Shown piece by piece: positions 26,997-36,345 of a stretch of DNA of 64,000 bases. The stretch is from positions 203,809-267,808 of the forward strand of contig JAHJTE010000002.1 of the NCBI GenBank assembly GCA_018830005.1, written 5' to 3'. The notes below the pieces were generated by a model. It was given only the letters and a program-made list of their open reading frames with translations. It was not told where the DNA came from and made no database searches. The position numbers and the translations under genes are program-made. Every line of letters begins with the position of its first letter. Position 1 is the stretch's first letter. The stretch comes from Candidatus Omnitrophota bacterium (GTDB taxonomy: Bacteria > Omnitrophota > Gorgyraeia > JAHJTE01).

Positions 26997-28190
26997 CTAT
27001 TTCAAGACTTCTCTGAATTTTTTTGTCAATACCGGAAGGATGTCAAATAAATCAGCAACTATGCCATAAGTAGCTACCTGCATTATTGGCGCATCCGCAT
27101 CCTTATTTATTGCTACGATTATATCCGAAGACTGCATCCCAACGAGATGCTGGATTTGACCCGAGATTCCGCAGGCAATGTAAATCTTAGGACAGACTGT
27201 TCTTCCGGTTTGCCCCACCTGATGAGAATAAGGAATCCAATCTGCATCTACAGCAGCCCTAGATGCACCGACCGCAGCGCCTAATGCCTTTGCCAAATCC
27301 TCAATTAATTTAAAATTCTCAGGCGCCTTAAGTCCTCTGCCTCCGGAAACAATAATATCTGCCTCAGCCAGATTTACCTTGGAAGTTAAATCTGCAACAA
27401 ATTTCAAAAGGCTTGTACGTGAATTTAAGAGCTCACTTCCTAAATCTTCCTTTATGAGCCTTCCTTTTCTTTGCTTATCGACAGCAGCTTCTTTCATTAC
27501 CTTGTGTCTTACTGTTGCCATCTGAGGCCGGTTACACCTTGTAATAATCGTTGCCATAATATTACCGCCAAACGCAGGGCGAGTCTGAAGAAGACAACGA
27601 CTTTCTCTGTCGATATCAAAACCAGTACAGTCAGCAGTTAAGCCTGTATTTAACTTAACAGCAACGCGCGATACGAGTGACCTACCGATAACTGTAGCCC
27701 CAGCAAGGAAAATCTCTGGTTTATATTTATTTATTAAATGAACCAAGGCATTGGTATAAGGCTCATCTAGAAAATCTTTTAATTTGGGATTGTCAATTAC
27801 ATATACCTCATCTGCTCCCCGGCTTATTAATTCTTGGCAACTTTTCTCTACATCGCTACCTAAAAGAACTGCAGCTAGCTTAACATTTAGAATATCAGCT
27901 AAATGCCTGCCTTCCCCTAGTAACTCATATACTACTGACTGAATAATACCGTTTTTCTGTTCGGCAAAAACCCATACACCCCTGTATTCTTTCAGATTCT
28001 GGCATCTTGTTTGTTGCTTCTCAATAACTATGGCTTCGAATTTGCAAGAATCAACACAGGCCCCGCAAAGCGTGCATTTATCTAAATCGATAATGGCCTT
28101 CTTATCAACAATAGTAATTGCATCAGGTGGACAGACCTTAACGCATAACGTACAGCCTGTACACTTATCTTTAATAACTTTTATTGACAT
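26997..28190 (-). CDS. etfA: Electron transfer flavoprotein alpha subunit with N-terminal 2x[4Fe-4S] ferredoxin domain
   Basis: N-terminus CTGCTLCVKVCP...CTLCGACVDSC (two Cys clusters); C-terminal FAD-binding EtfA signature SGGRGL...IACGISGQIQHL. Confidence 0.85.
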   Translation of the reverse strand: MSIKVIKDKCTGCTLCVKVCPPDAITIVDKKAIIDLDKCTLCGACVDSCKFEAIVIEKQQTRCQNLKEYRGVWVFAEQKNGIIQSVVYELLGEGRHLADILNVKLAAVLLGSDVEKSCQELISRGADEVYVIDNPKLKDFLDEPYTNALVHLINKYKPEIFLAGATVIGRSLVSRVAVKLNTGLTADCTGFDIDRESRCLLQTRPAFGGNIMATIITRCNRPQMATVRHKVMKEAAVDKQRKGRLIKEDLGSELLNSRTSLLKFVADLTSKVNLAEADIIVSGGRGLKAPENFKLIEDLAKALGAAVGASRAAVDADWIPYSHQVGQTGRTVCPKIYIACGISGQIQHLVGMQSSDIIVAINKDADAPIMQVATYGIVADLFDILPVLTKKFREVLK

Positions 28191-28206
28191 CTTTTTAATT
28201 ACGAAT

Positions 28207-29007
28207 TTACTTACTCGATTTTGCTTGTAACACTGCGTCCTTTAATGCATCAACCAGCCTTTCTGCCACATCCTCTGCTTCGCCTTCGAATATTGCACCT
28301 TTAGGCCGGGGTGGAGGTGAAAATATTTTTACTACTTGTGTAGGTGAACCATCAAGGCCGATCTTATCTTTTTCAAGTTCTAGGTCCTTAACTGTTAAAT
28401 GTCTTATTTCTGCTGATTTTGAACGCATCATATGCCGCAAGGAAGGAAGACGCGGCTCATTTATCTCTTTGACAACAGTTATTAGCGCCGGAAGGGGTGA
28501 GCTGATAACCTCAAAACCCTCTTCTGTTGACCTCTCAACAACACAATTGTCTGCTTCGATTTTTTCTATTTTTCTAACATACGTTACCTGGGGTATATCA
28601 AGATGCGTTGATATACCTGGTCCGACTTGAGCAGTATCTCCATCAGATGCCTGCTTACCACAGATAATTAAATCAAAAGGCGGTAGTTTCCTAATGGCGC
28701 AGGAAAGAATATAACTTGTTGCCCAAGTATCAGATCCTGCAAAGGCACGATCACTAATCAAGACTGCATCATCTACCCCTAAGGAAATTGCCTCCCGAAG
28801 TGCACTCTCTGCCTGAGGCGGACCCATACTTACAACAGTAACCTTAGCAGAGAATCTCTCTTTAAGACGCAGTGCTTCCTCAATCGCATACATATCAAAG
28901 GGGTTAATAATTGAGGCTACGCCCTCGCGAATCAAGGTATTAGTCTCAGGATTAATCTTTACATTTCCAGTTTCTGGAACCTGTTTTATACAGACAATGA
29001 TATTCAT
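28207..29007 (-). CDS. etfB: Electron transfer flavoprotein beta subunit
   Basis: MNIIVCIKQVPE... Start placed at the Met 6 codons into the track ORF; the ORF's own first Met at 29025 is possible. Confidence 0.83.
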   Translation of the reverse strand: MNIIVCIKQVPETGNVKINPETNTLIREGVASIINPFDMYAIEEALRLKERFSAKVTVVSMGPPQAESALREAISLGVDDAVLISDRAFAGSDTWATSYILSCAIRKLPPFDLIICGKQASDGDTAQVGPGISTHLDIPQVTYVRKIEKIEADNCVVERSTEEGFEVISSPLPALITVVKEINEPRLPSLRHMMRSKSAEIRHLTVKDLELEKDKIGLDGSPTQVVKIFSPPPRPKGAIFEGEAEDVAERLVDALKDAVLQAKSSK

Positions 29008-29090
29008 CTTAAGGCTCGAAATCATGTGAAAGCGAGGTCTTTTTACACCTTAGAACAGAACCCGCTTTGTGAATCTTTCCATGCGTACTA

Positions 29091-30245
29091 TTATTTCTTC
29101 TTTGCCTCTTTAATCAACTGCAAAGCAATTATACCGCGCTGAATTTGATTTGTGCCTTCATAGATCTGAGTAATCTTTGCATCTCGCATATATTTTTCCA
29201 CAGGATAATCACGCATGTAGCCATATCCGCCTAAAATCTGCACAGCATCTGTGGTAACACTCATTGCGACATCTGAGGCATATAATTTTGCCATGGCTGA
29301 CTCTTTAGCAACAGAGGTCTTGCCTGCATCTACCATACGTGCAGTAGCATATACGAGTGCCCTGGCAGCCTCAACCTTAGTAGCCATATCTGCAAGCATA
29401 AATTGAATACCTTGAAAGCTTGAAATTGATTTTCCAAACTGAGTGCGGCCTTTAGCATAATTAACTGCCTCATCAAGTGCACCTTGGGCAATCCCAAGCG
29501 CCTGGGCTGCAACACCAGGTCTACTCATATCAAAGGTCTTCATCGTAACTATAAAACCCATACCCTCCCTGCCTAAGAGATTTTCTTTTGGAATCTTACA
29601 ATCAGCAAATATAAGCTCCCGGGTTGAAGAAGCACGTATACCCATTTTCTTTTCTTTCTTACCAAAGGTAAAACCCGGAGTATCCTTTTCCACAATAAAT
29701 GCAGATGCGCCCCTTGCGCCTTTCTTTTTATCGGTCATGGCAATAACTACATACACATGCGCATCACCGCCATTGGTAATAAAATGCTTGAGGCCGTTTA
29801 AAATATAATGATCGCCCTCTTTTTTAGCCGTGGTTTCAATCGCAGATGCGTCAGAACCGGCATTTGGTTCGGTTATGCCAAAGGCAGCCAAATACTCTCC
29901 CCTTGCCAGGAGAGGCAGATACTTCTTCTTCTGCTGGTCATCTCCATAAAGTAATATTGGAAAGGTACCTAAGGCACTTGCCGCATAGCAAACTGCAATT
30001 CCACCGCAGGCCTTTGAAAACTCTTCTGTCGCAAGGCATAATTCTAATACGCCTGCGCCCATTCCACCAAATTCTTGTGGTATGTAGAGTCCGAAAAGGT
30101 CTGATTGGGCGATGATCTTCATAATCTCATGAGGGAATTCCTCGCTCTCATCCAGTTCTGCAGCATAAGGCTTAATCTTATCCTTTGCAATCTGAGCGCA
30201 TAAGCCTCTAATCATATTCTGTTCATCAGTAAGTAGATAATCCAC
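29091..30245 (-). CDS. Acyl-CoA dehydrogenase (butyryl-CoA dehydrogenase-like)
   Basis: 384 aa; (M)DYLLTDEQNMIR...; C-terminal YEGTNQIQR. GTG start with AGGAGG 4 nt upstream. Confidence 0.85.
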   Translation of the reverse strand: MDYLLTDEQNMIRGLCAQIAKDKIKPYAAELDESEEFPHEIMKIIAQSDLFGLYIPQEFGGMGAGVLELCLATEEFSKACGGIAVCYAASALGTFPILLYGDDQQKKKYLPLLARGEYLAAFGITEPNAGSDASAIETTAKKEGDHYILNGLKHFITNGGDAHVYVVIAMTDKKKGARGASAFIVEKDTPGFTFGKKEKKMGIRASSTRELIFADCKIPKENLLGREGMGFIVTMKTFDMSRPGVAAQALGIAQGALDEAVNYAKGRTQFGKSISSFQGIQFMLADMATKVEAARALVYATARMVDAGKTSVAKESAMAKLYASDVAMSVTTDAVQILGGYGYMRDYPVEKYMRDAKITQIYEGTNQIQRGIIALQLIKEAKKK

Positions 30246-30265
30246 AAAACCTCCTATTTTTAATA

Positions 30266-30721
30266 TTAAATTTTCTTCAGCAAGGCTATTTCTTTACAGT
30301 CTGGAAATTTAGGACAATTACAACATTCTAGCCAGATTTTATGAGGCAACTTTAGCCTATTTATCCTTCTAAATCCAAACTTCTTAAAAAATTTAGGTAC
30401 ATAGGTTAAAACGAATATATTTTTTATACCTAAACTCCTGGCCTCTTCCATGGCCTTTAAGACAAGAGCGCTTCCAATACCGCGGGAGCGAAATCTGTTG
30501 ATAACTGCCAAAGACTTAATTTCTGCTAAATCGCCCCAGGATATGTGTAAAGCACAGCAGGCAGTAATCCTTTTATTAGCCTCATTAACAAATACCCAAA
30601 AATCGCGTATATTCTCATATAATTCATTTAATGAACGCGGCAGCATATAATCGTCTTTCGCGTGCTGATTAATTAAAGTATGCAGTGCCTTTATATCTCT
30701 GATAGTTGCTTTTCTAATCAT
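30266..30721 (-). CDS. GNAT acetyltransferase, N-acetylglutamate-synthase-like (COG1246-type), with Cys-rich C-terminal tail
   Basis: IRKATIRDI...RSLNELYENIRDFWVF..ITACCALH...AEIKSLAV...RGIGSALV...IFVLT..FFKKFGF matches the ArgA GNAT-domain pattern. The tail carries CCNCPKFPDC. Confidence 0.6.
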   Translation of the reverse strand: MIRKATIRDIKALHTLINQHAKDDYMLPRSLNELYENIRDFWVFVNEANKRITACCALHISWGDLAEIKSLAVINRFRSRGIGSALVLKAMEEARSLGIKNIFVLTYVPKFFKKFGFRRINRLKLPHKIWLECCNCPKFPDCKEIALLKKI

Positions 30722-30749
30722 GGTAATTATTAAATAATAAAACTAGAAA

Positions 30750-30778
30750 ATTATATAATAAAAGTTTAAGTATTGCAA
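30750..30778 (-). promoter_or_regulatory. Consensus sigma70-type promoter (TTGCAA-17 nt-TATAAT) upstream of the GNAT/acd/etf block
   Basis: Minus strand: TTGCAA (30778..30773), 17 nt spacer, TATAAT (30755..30750), about 29 nt before the GNAT ATG at 30721. Confidence 0.45.
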
Positions 30779-30808
30779 TATATTATAAAAAATAAGGTAA
30801 AAATCTGC

Positions 30809-32839
30809 CTAGTTTTCTTCTAGCGACTGTTCGAGATTTGCAACGAATTCTTTTATCTCTTTATCATCAGGGGTTATTTTCTGCGCTAAGCGGGAAATTT
30901 TCAACGCCTTTTCCTTCTCGCCTAACTTAAGATATGTCTTAGCTAAGAGCAAACGAAGATAAGACTTCCTAAGGCCGTAAGTATAGGCAAGACGCAAATG
31001 CCTCAAGGCATCATCAAACTTACCCTGATTAAGAAATGCCTTACCAAGATAATAATGAGCCTCCCTTGAAGAAGGATAAATCTTTAAGGCCTCCTCTGCT
31101 TCAGAAATAACAGCTTTATCTAGGCCGACAGCATCAAGTAACCTTGCACGCAAAATATATGGGTCAGGAACAACTACACCTAGAGTGAGACGCAACATGT
31201 CAACCGGTGATGCCTGCCAATTTTTTAAATCAACACTTAAGGACCTAATCAACTTGGCATTAGCAGTTGTTTTCCTCAAGAATACAACTCCGCTTTCATC
31301 AAAAAATACTAATTGCCACTCGGGATGCTCATAGAACATCTTGAAGGCTTTTTTGGGAATAAAGGAAGTAGAATTATTTAAAAGAGCAGTATTTATATTA
31401 AATTTTTCTACCTGGGTATCAAAAATTTCTTTATCACCAGCCATAATTTTAAGGTAGTTATCAAAAAATTCACTACTATAAAGTTCAGTGCGTCCATCAA
31501 TAAAGACTTTATATTCAGGATAAGCATGGAAGATAAGATATGCCCCGGAATTAAAATCATTGAAGAGATTTGCTGGTAAGTTATTATCACGCATAAAATC
31601 TATGCATGCCTTTGGATAGCGATACCCTATTAGATCTGAAAGATGGCTCTTCATCTCATAATCCTTAAAATCATAGTAACGCCTGAACATGGATCCATAG
31701 CTGATCTTTGCCATAAATACAATTAACACGCAAATAATGAGGCCCTTAATAGCTATATCCAGTTTGCTTGAGAAGACATTAATCCTTACCTTGCTTTTAA
31801 CAGAATGATCAATCTCATTCAATCTAGATATTACTATTAGATAAGCGGCAAAACTCAAAAAAGTAATATTGCGTTGTACCACCAAACCAAAGGGGAGAAA
31901 AAATGCAAATAATAAAATATGAGAAATGTCTAACTTTCGCCAATTAAATAATAAACTAAACAGACTAATCAGAACTAAAATGTTAAACTGCGTACTTCCT
32001 ACAAAGGCATTCCCTTTAAGGGGGAAAGCACTTACAAGCTCTGCCACGCTTTTAAATGCATAATGAGCCTGACCTAAGACTATATCTTTTAATATGAGGA
32101 AGGGATAAACTACGCCGATAAATCCATGCGGGTTAATAAAACAAACAAGTAATACTAGAAAAAGGAGTTTAATCAATCTATGAAAACTCCTATCCTCCAA
32201 TTTGCCGGTTTGCGACCATTGGGCTGGAAGAAAAGGCAAGAATCTTCTAAAGACCTCGGCGATAATAAAAATAAGTATTAAAAGCGGACCTAAGAAAAAA
32301 TAACCATGGGAATTCACCCAGAGAAACTGCCAGAATATCAAGATATAGATAACATTAGTGCCCTTATTAAACTTTAATTGATGCAAGAATATGCTAAAGA
32401 ACAGTAAGCTCAATATATCCGGCCTCAGGTTGAATCTAGTATAAGTAGCAAATATTACCAAGATAGACAATAATACCGTCGTAATCATATGTTGGTTGTC
32501 TTTAAATCCAATCAAAAACAACACAAGAAAGGCTAAGGCAACAAATAGTGTCTGTAAGAATATCAGGCCGCTTATATCAAAATATTTGTACATTAAATAA
32601 ACGGCAACCTGAAATAGCCATTCGTGATTTATCCAGCGCTTTCCGGATAAAGTAAATGAATAAGGATCAGAGCCTGAGACGCGCATGTCCTTGATAATCT
32701 CTTTTCCGGTTCTCAAATGCAGCCAGATATCTGTATCAAAGATACCGCTGGTTGCCTGAACAATCACAAATAATACAAGAATAATGCTTAATGCCGAGGT
32801 TGCATATTTATTAATTTTTGGAATTATATTTTTGTTCAT
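30809..32839 (-). CDS. Polytopic membrane protein with C-terminal TPR repeats (GT-C/PMT-like putative glycosyltransferase)
   Basis: 676 aa; about 12 predicted TM helices by hydrophobic runs; a DTD motif in the first loop; a C-terminal block of about 120 aa of TPR-like repeats (EAHYYLGKAFLNQGKFDDALRHL...). ATGA overlap with the oppF stop. Confidence 0.5.
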   Translation of the reverse strand: MNKNIIPKINKYATSALSIILVLFVIVQATSGIFDTDIWLHLRTGKEIIKDMRVSGSDPYSFTLSGKRWINHEWLFQVAVYLMYKYFDISGLIFLQTLFVALAFLVLFLIGFKDNQHMITTVLLSILVIFATYTRFNLRPDILSLLFFSIFLHQLKFNKGTNVIYILIFWQFLWVNSHGYFFLGPLLILIFIIAEVFRRFLPFLPAQWSQTGKLEDRSFHRLIKLLFLVLLVCFINPHGFIGVVYPFLILKDIVLGQAHYAFKSVAELVSAFPLKGNAFVGSTQFNILVLISLFSLLFNWRKLDISHILLFAFFLPFGLVVQRNITFLSFAAYLIVISRLNEIDHSVKSKVRINVFSSKLDIAIKGLIICVLIVFMAKISYGSMFRRYYDFKDYEMKSHLSDLIGYRYPKACIDFMRDNNLPANLFNDFNSGAYLIFHAYPEYKVFIDGRTELYSSEFFDNYLKIMAGDKEIFDTQVEKFNINTALLNNSTSFIPKKAFKMFYEHPEWQLVFFDESGVVFLRKTTANAKLIRSLSVDLKNWQASPVDMLRLTLGVVVPDPYILRARLLDAVGLDKAVISEAEEALKIYPSSREAHYYLGKAFLNQGKFDDALRHLRLAYTYGLRKSYLRLLLAKTYLKLGEKEKALKISRLAQKITPDDKEIKEFVANLEQSLEEN

Positions 32840-33774
32840 TTTTGGCTCCTATATAAATCAAATGAAAAATGACAGGCGCTGAAATGGCCTTTTTCTTTCT
32901 CTTCTAATTTAGGTTCAACACTAAAACATTTATCCTTTGCATAGGGGCAGCGTGAATTAAAAATACAGCCAGAGATTTTCCTAAATCGTGGTATATCTCC
33001 TTTAAGTTTACTCCTCTTATCCCTTGCGGCCAAGAGTAAAGACTCTGTATAGGGATGCAGGCTTCTTTTAAAAATATCAAGGGCTTGCGCCTTCTCCATG
33101 ATTTTGCCCAAATACATAACCAAACAAGCATCGGAAAAATTCTTAACCACAGCCAAATTATGAGTTATAAACAAAAAACTCAAACTAAGCTTTGTTTGTA
33201 AACTTTTGAGCAGATTTAAAATCTTTACCTGGATTCTAACGTCTAAGGATGAAACCGGCTCATCAAGAACAATAATTTTTGGACCTGAGGCTAGGGCCCT
33301 GGCTAAACTAATCCTTTGACGCTGACCGCCGGAAAATTCTTTTGGAAAGCGAAAACGCGAGCCTGAATCAATATCTACCAAGTCTAGGAGTTCTATAACA
33401 CGCTCCTTAGGAGATTTGTGAGAAGACATCTTATGGATTAAGAGTGGCTCCAAAATAATATCCTCTATACGCATTAGAGGATTAAGTGAATTGTAGGGAT
33501 TTTGAAAAACCATCTGAACATCTTTACGTAAATTCTTAATTTGGCTTCCAAAGATAATATCTCCGGAGGTGGCTGGAATCAATTTTAGAATAAGTTTTGC
33601 AACGCTAGTCTTACCGCAGCCGCTTTCGCCGACAATAGCTAGAGTTTGAGAAGATTCAAGAGAAAAATCAAGATCATCAACAGCCCTAATCTCAATTCTT
33701 TCCCTTGAGAAAAAATTCTTCTGTATGTAATAATATTTTTTAAGGTTTGAGGCTTTAAGTAAAGCTTCTTTCAT
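32836..33774 (-). CDS. oppF: Oligopeptide/dipeptide ABC transporter ATP-binding protein (OppF/DppF type)
   Basis: GESGCGKTS Walker A; LSGGQRQR; VLDEPVSSLD; C-terminal Cys-containing oligopeptide-transporter extension. Confidence 0.85.
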   Translation of the reverse strand: MKEALLKASNLKKYYYIQKNFFSRERIEIRAVDDLDFSLESSQTLAIVGESGCGKTSVAKLILKLIPATSGDIIFGSQIKNLRKDVQMVFQNPYNSLNPLMRIEDIILEPLLIHKMSSHKSPKERVIELLDLVDIDSGSRFRFPKEFSGGQRQRISLARALASGPKIIVLDEPVSSLDVRIQVKILNLLKSLQTKLSLSFLFITHNLAVVKNFSDACLVMYLGKIMEKAQALDIFKRSLHPYTESLLLAARDKRSKLKGDIPRFRKISGCIFNSRCPYAKDKCFSVEPKLEEKEKGHFSACHFSFDLYRSQK

Positions 33775-34565
33775 AGTCTGCTAGTAATCATGCCTGCATT
33801 TAACAGCTCTTTAGTATAGGCCTCTTTAGGATGCGCAAATAACTCCTTGGTCTTTTTTAATTCTATCAATTTTCCCGCATAAATTACTGCTGTCTCATCA
33901 GCAAGAAAACGCACTAAGGATAGATCATGGGTAATAAAGATTATAGACAGACCCAGCTTTTGCCTTAACTCTGCCAGCAATTCCAAAATCGAGGCCTCTA
34001 TTGTTACATCAAGATTAGAGGTTGGCTCATCTGCAATAAGAAGTTTAGGCCTAGAGGCCAAGGCCAAAGCAATCATCACCCTCTGATTCATACCTCCGGA
34101 AAATTGATGTGCATAGAATTCAAGATGCTCCTTTGGATCTGGTATTTTTACAAGTTCAAGCAGTCTATGGGCTTCATCTTTAGCATATTTACGGCTTAAA
34201 TTTCTAGAGTTCATTATAGTCTCAATAAGTTGGCCGCCGATACTTATAACTGGATTTAGTGCTGCGGTTGCATCCTGAAATATATATCCGATTTGCTTAC
34301 CGCGAATAGCCTCTAATTGTCTATCTGTCAATTCTAAGATATTCTTACCTTGATAAATAACCTTACCGCTTATGAATTTGGCGTTATCAGGTAAGAGTTT
34401 TGCAATACTCATTGCCAAAGTAGTTTTACCACAGCCACTTTCACCTACAATACCCAAAGCGCCACCTTCGCATAACGTGAGGCTTATGCCTGTTAACGCA
34501 TCTAGCCTTCCTTCTCTGGCGTAATAAGAAACACTCAAATTTTCTATTCTTAATATATCGCTCAT
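33771..34565 (-). CDS. oppD: Oligopeptide/dipeptide ABC transporter ATP-binding protein (OppD/DppD type)
   Basis: MSDILRIENLSVSY...GESGCGKTTL...FSGGMNQR. ATG at 34565 chosen (ATGA overlap with oppC) over the TTG at 34577. Confidence 0.85.
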   Translation of the reverse strand: MSDILRIENLSVSYYAREGRLDALTGISLTLCEGGALGIVGESGCGKTTLAMSIAKLLPDNAKFISGKVIYQGKNILELTDRQLEAIRGKQIGYIFQDATAALNPVISIGGQLIETIMNSRNLSRKYAKDEAHRLLELVKIPDPKEHLEFYAHQFSGGMNQRVMIALALASRPKLLIADEPTSNLDVTIEASILELLAELRQKLGLSIIFITHDLSLVRFLADETAVIYAGKLIELKKTKELFAHPKEAYTKELLNAGMITSRL

Positions 34566-35359
34566 TGCTTCTGCCAATTTCTTAATCCTTCACCCAGCAT
34601 ATTATAACCGAGTATGGTGATAAAAATAGCGAGTCCGGGAAAAAGAGTAAGCCACCAGGCAACGCCTAATGTAGATTTTGCTTCAATAAGAATATTACCC
34701 CAGGAAGGCGTAGGCGGCTGAACGCCAATGCCTAAAAAACTCAAAGAAGATTCTACAAGAATCGCATATGCCATGCCTAAGATAGCTGCTACCACAACCG
34801 GTCCAAATGCATTAGGCAGGAGATGCTTGAGTATAATCCGCATATTGCTGGCTCCGATTACGTGGGCGGCCTGAATAAACTCACGTTCTTTTAGACTTAA
34901 GACTTGTGCACGTACAATACGAGCAACTCCCATCCAGCTTGTAAGACCGATAATGATCATAATATTAGTTATCGACGGTTCTAAAATCGCTACTACTGAA
35001 AGTATCAAGAAGAATGTCGGAAAACACAACATCAAATCAACAAAGCGCATTATCACCGAATCAATCCATTTACCATAAAAGCCTGCGATTGAACCTACGG
35101 TGCATCCGATTATTGTAGAAATCCCTACAGCTATAAAACCTACTTTGAGTGAAACCCTTGAACCAAAAAGCATACGCGAGAATAAATCCCTACCCAAAGA
35201 ATCAGTACCCAAAATATGTTCACTTGAAGGCGGCATTAAAATACTGTCGACATCAATCTGGGAAAAATCATAAGCTGATAAGTAAGGTGCAAAAAAAGCA
35301 CAAACTGCCAGCAGTAAAACAATTAGTAGGCCAAAAACTAATAATTTATTTCTTAACAT
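34562..35359 (-). CDS. oppC: Oligopeptide ABC transporter permease (OppC type)
   Basis: 265 aa; 6 TM; ABC permease core. Confidence 0.83.
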   Translation of the reverse strand: MLRNKLLVFGLLIVLLLAVCAFFAPYLSAYDFSQIDVDSILMPPSSEHILGTDSLGRDLFSRMLFGSRVSLKVGFIAVGISTIIGCTVGSIAGFYGKWIDSVIMRFVDLMLCFPTFFLILSVVAILEPSITNIMIIIGLTSWMGVARIVRAQVLSLKEREFIQAAHVIGASNMRIILKHLLPNAFGPVVVAAILGMAYAILVESSLSFLGIGVQPPTPSWGNILIEAKSTLGVAWWLTLFPGLAIFITILGYNMLGEGLRNWQKQ

Positions 35360-35370
35360 TTTTCCTTTCT

Positions 35371-36345
35371 TTATCGCTGATAGCGTATACGAGGATCAAC
35401 CCAGGCATAGGTAACATCAGCAATCAGATTGCCAGCCAAGGTAAAGATACTACCCAAAACGAGCAAACCCATAATCGAAGGATAATCTCGACTCATCACT
35501 GATTCAAAGAATAATCTTCCCATGCCCGGTATAGCAAATATTGTCTCAAAAATTACGCTACCACCAATTAATCCCGGAATAGATAGTCCTAAAATTGTAA
35601 TTATCGGAATTAATGCATTCCGCAGGGCATGATTATATATTACCCTTGTTTCACTCAGGCCTCTTGCACGTGCTGCAATTACATAATCAGCTTTTATTAC
35701 CTCCAGCATGCCTTGACGCATATAACGTGAAATCCCAGCCAGGCCTCCAAAGGCAGAAACAAATACAGGTAATATTAAATGCTTACTAACATCGAAGAAT
35801 TTCATCATCGGTGTTAAAAATTCAAAATCAATGGATTTGATTCCAGATATAGGTAACCACCTTAAATGAACGCCAAAAAGACTCATCAAAAGTAGGGCCA
35901 ACCAAAAACTAGGCATGGCAAATCCCACAAAAACAAAGATAGTGCTACTCTTATCAAATAGACAGCCCTCTCTTAAGGCTGATTTTATTCCTAAGGGTAT
36001 GGCAACGATAAGAATGAGAGCCAATGATAGCACGTTAATCAACAATGTTATGGGCACTCTTTCTTTTATCTTATCCCAAACTGGCCGATCATCCAAAAAT
36101 GAGTTACCAAAATCAAAACGTATAAGGCGCAAAAACCAATCTCTGTACTGGATATGCAGCGGCTTATCCAGGCCGTAGAGTTTTGCAAGTCGCGCTCTGA
36201 CTTCTAGGCTAACCTTGGGATTAAAATCCGACGCAATTGTCGTAGGCCTGCCTGGGGCAAGATGAATCACTAAAAAAGAAATTAATGTTATACCAATAAA
36301 TAAAGGAATTAAAATCAATATTCTTCTTATTAGATAATTAATCAT
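35371..36345 (-). CDS. oppB: Oligopeptide ABC transporter permease (OppB type)
   Basis: 324 aa; [10 protein letters not shown]... N-terminus typical of OppB/DppB; 6 TM. Confidence 0.83.
   Translation of the reverse strand: MINYLIRRILILIPLFIGITLISFLVIHLAPGRPTTIASDFNPKVSLEVRARLAKLYGLDKPLHIQYRDWFLRLIRFDFGNSFLDDRPVWDKIKERVPITLLINVLSLALILIVAIPLGIKSALREGCLFDKSSTIFVFVGFAMPSFWLALLLMSLFGVHLRWLPISGIKSIDFEFLTPMMKFFDVSKHLILPVFVSAFGGLAGISRYMRQGMLEVIKADYVIAARARGLSETRVIYNHALRNALIPIITILGLSIPGLIGGSVIFETIFAIPGMGRLFFESVMSRDYPSIMGLLVLGSIFTLAGNLIADVTYAWVDPRIRYQR

Noticed and set aside
32904-33131. The 75 aa minus-strand ORF nested in oppF in another frame, and similar nested minus ORFs (29330..29515, 31408..31590, 36773..37000, 61836..62063, 8086..8310).
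   Set aside because: They lie out of frame inside well-supported longer genes on the same strand and have no motifs. They are frame-shadow artefacts.
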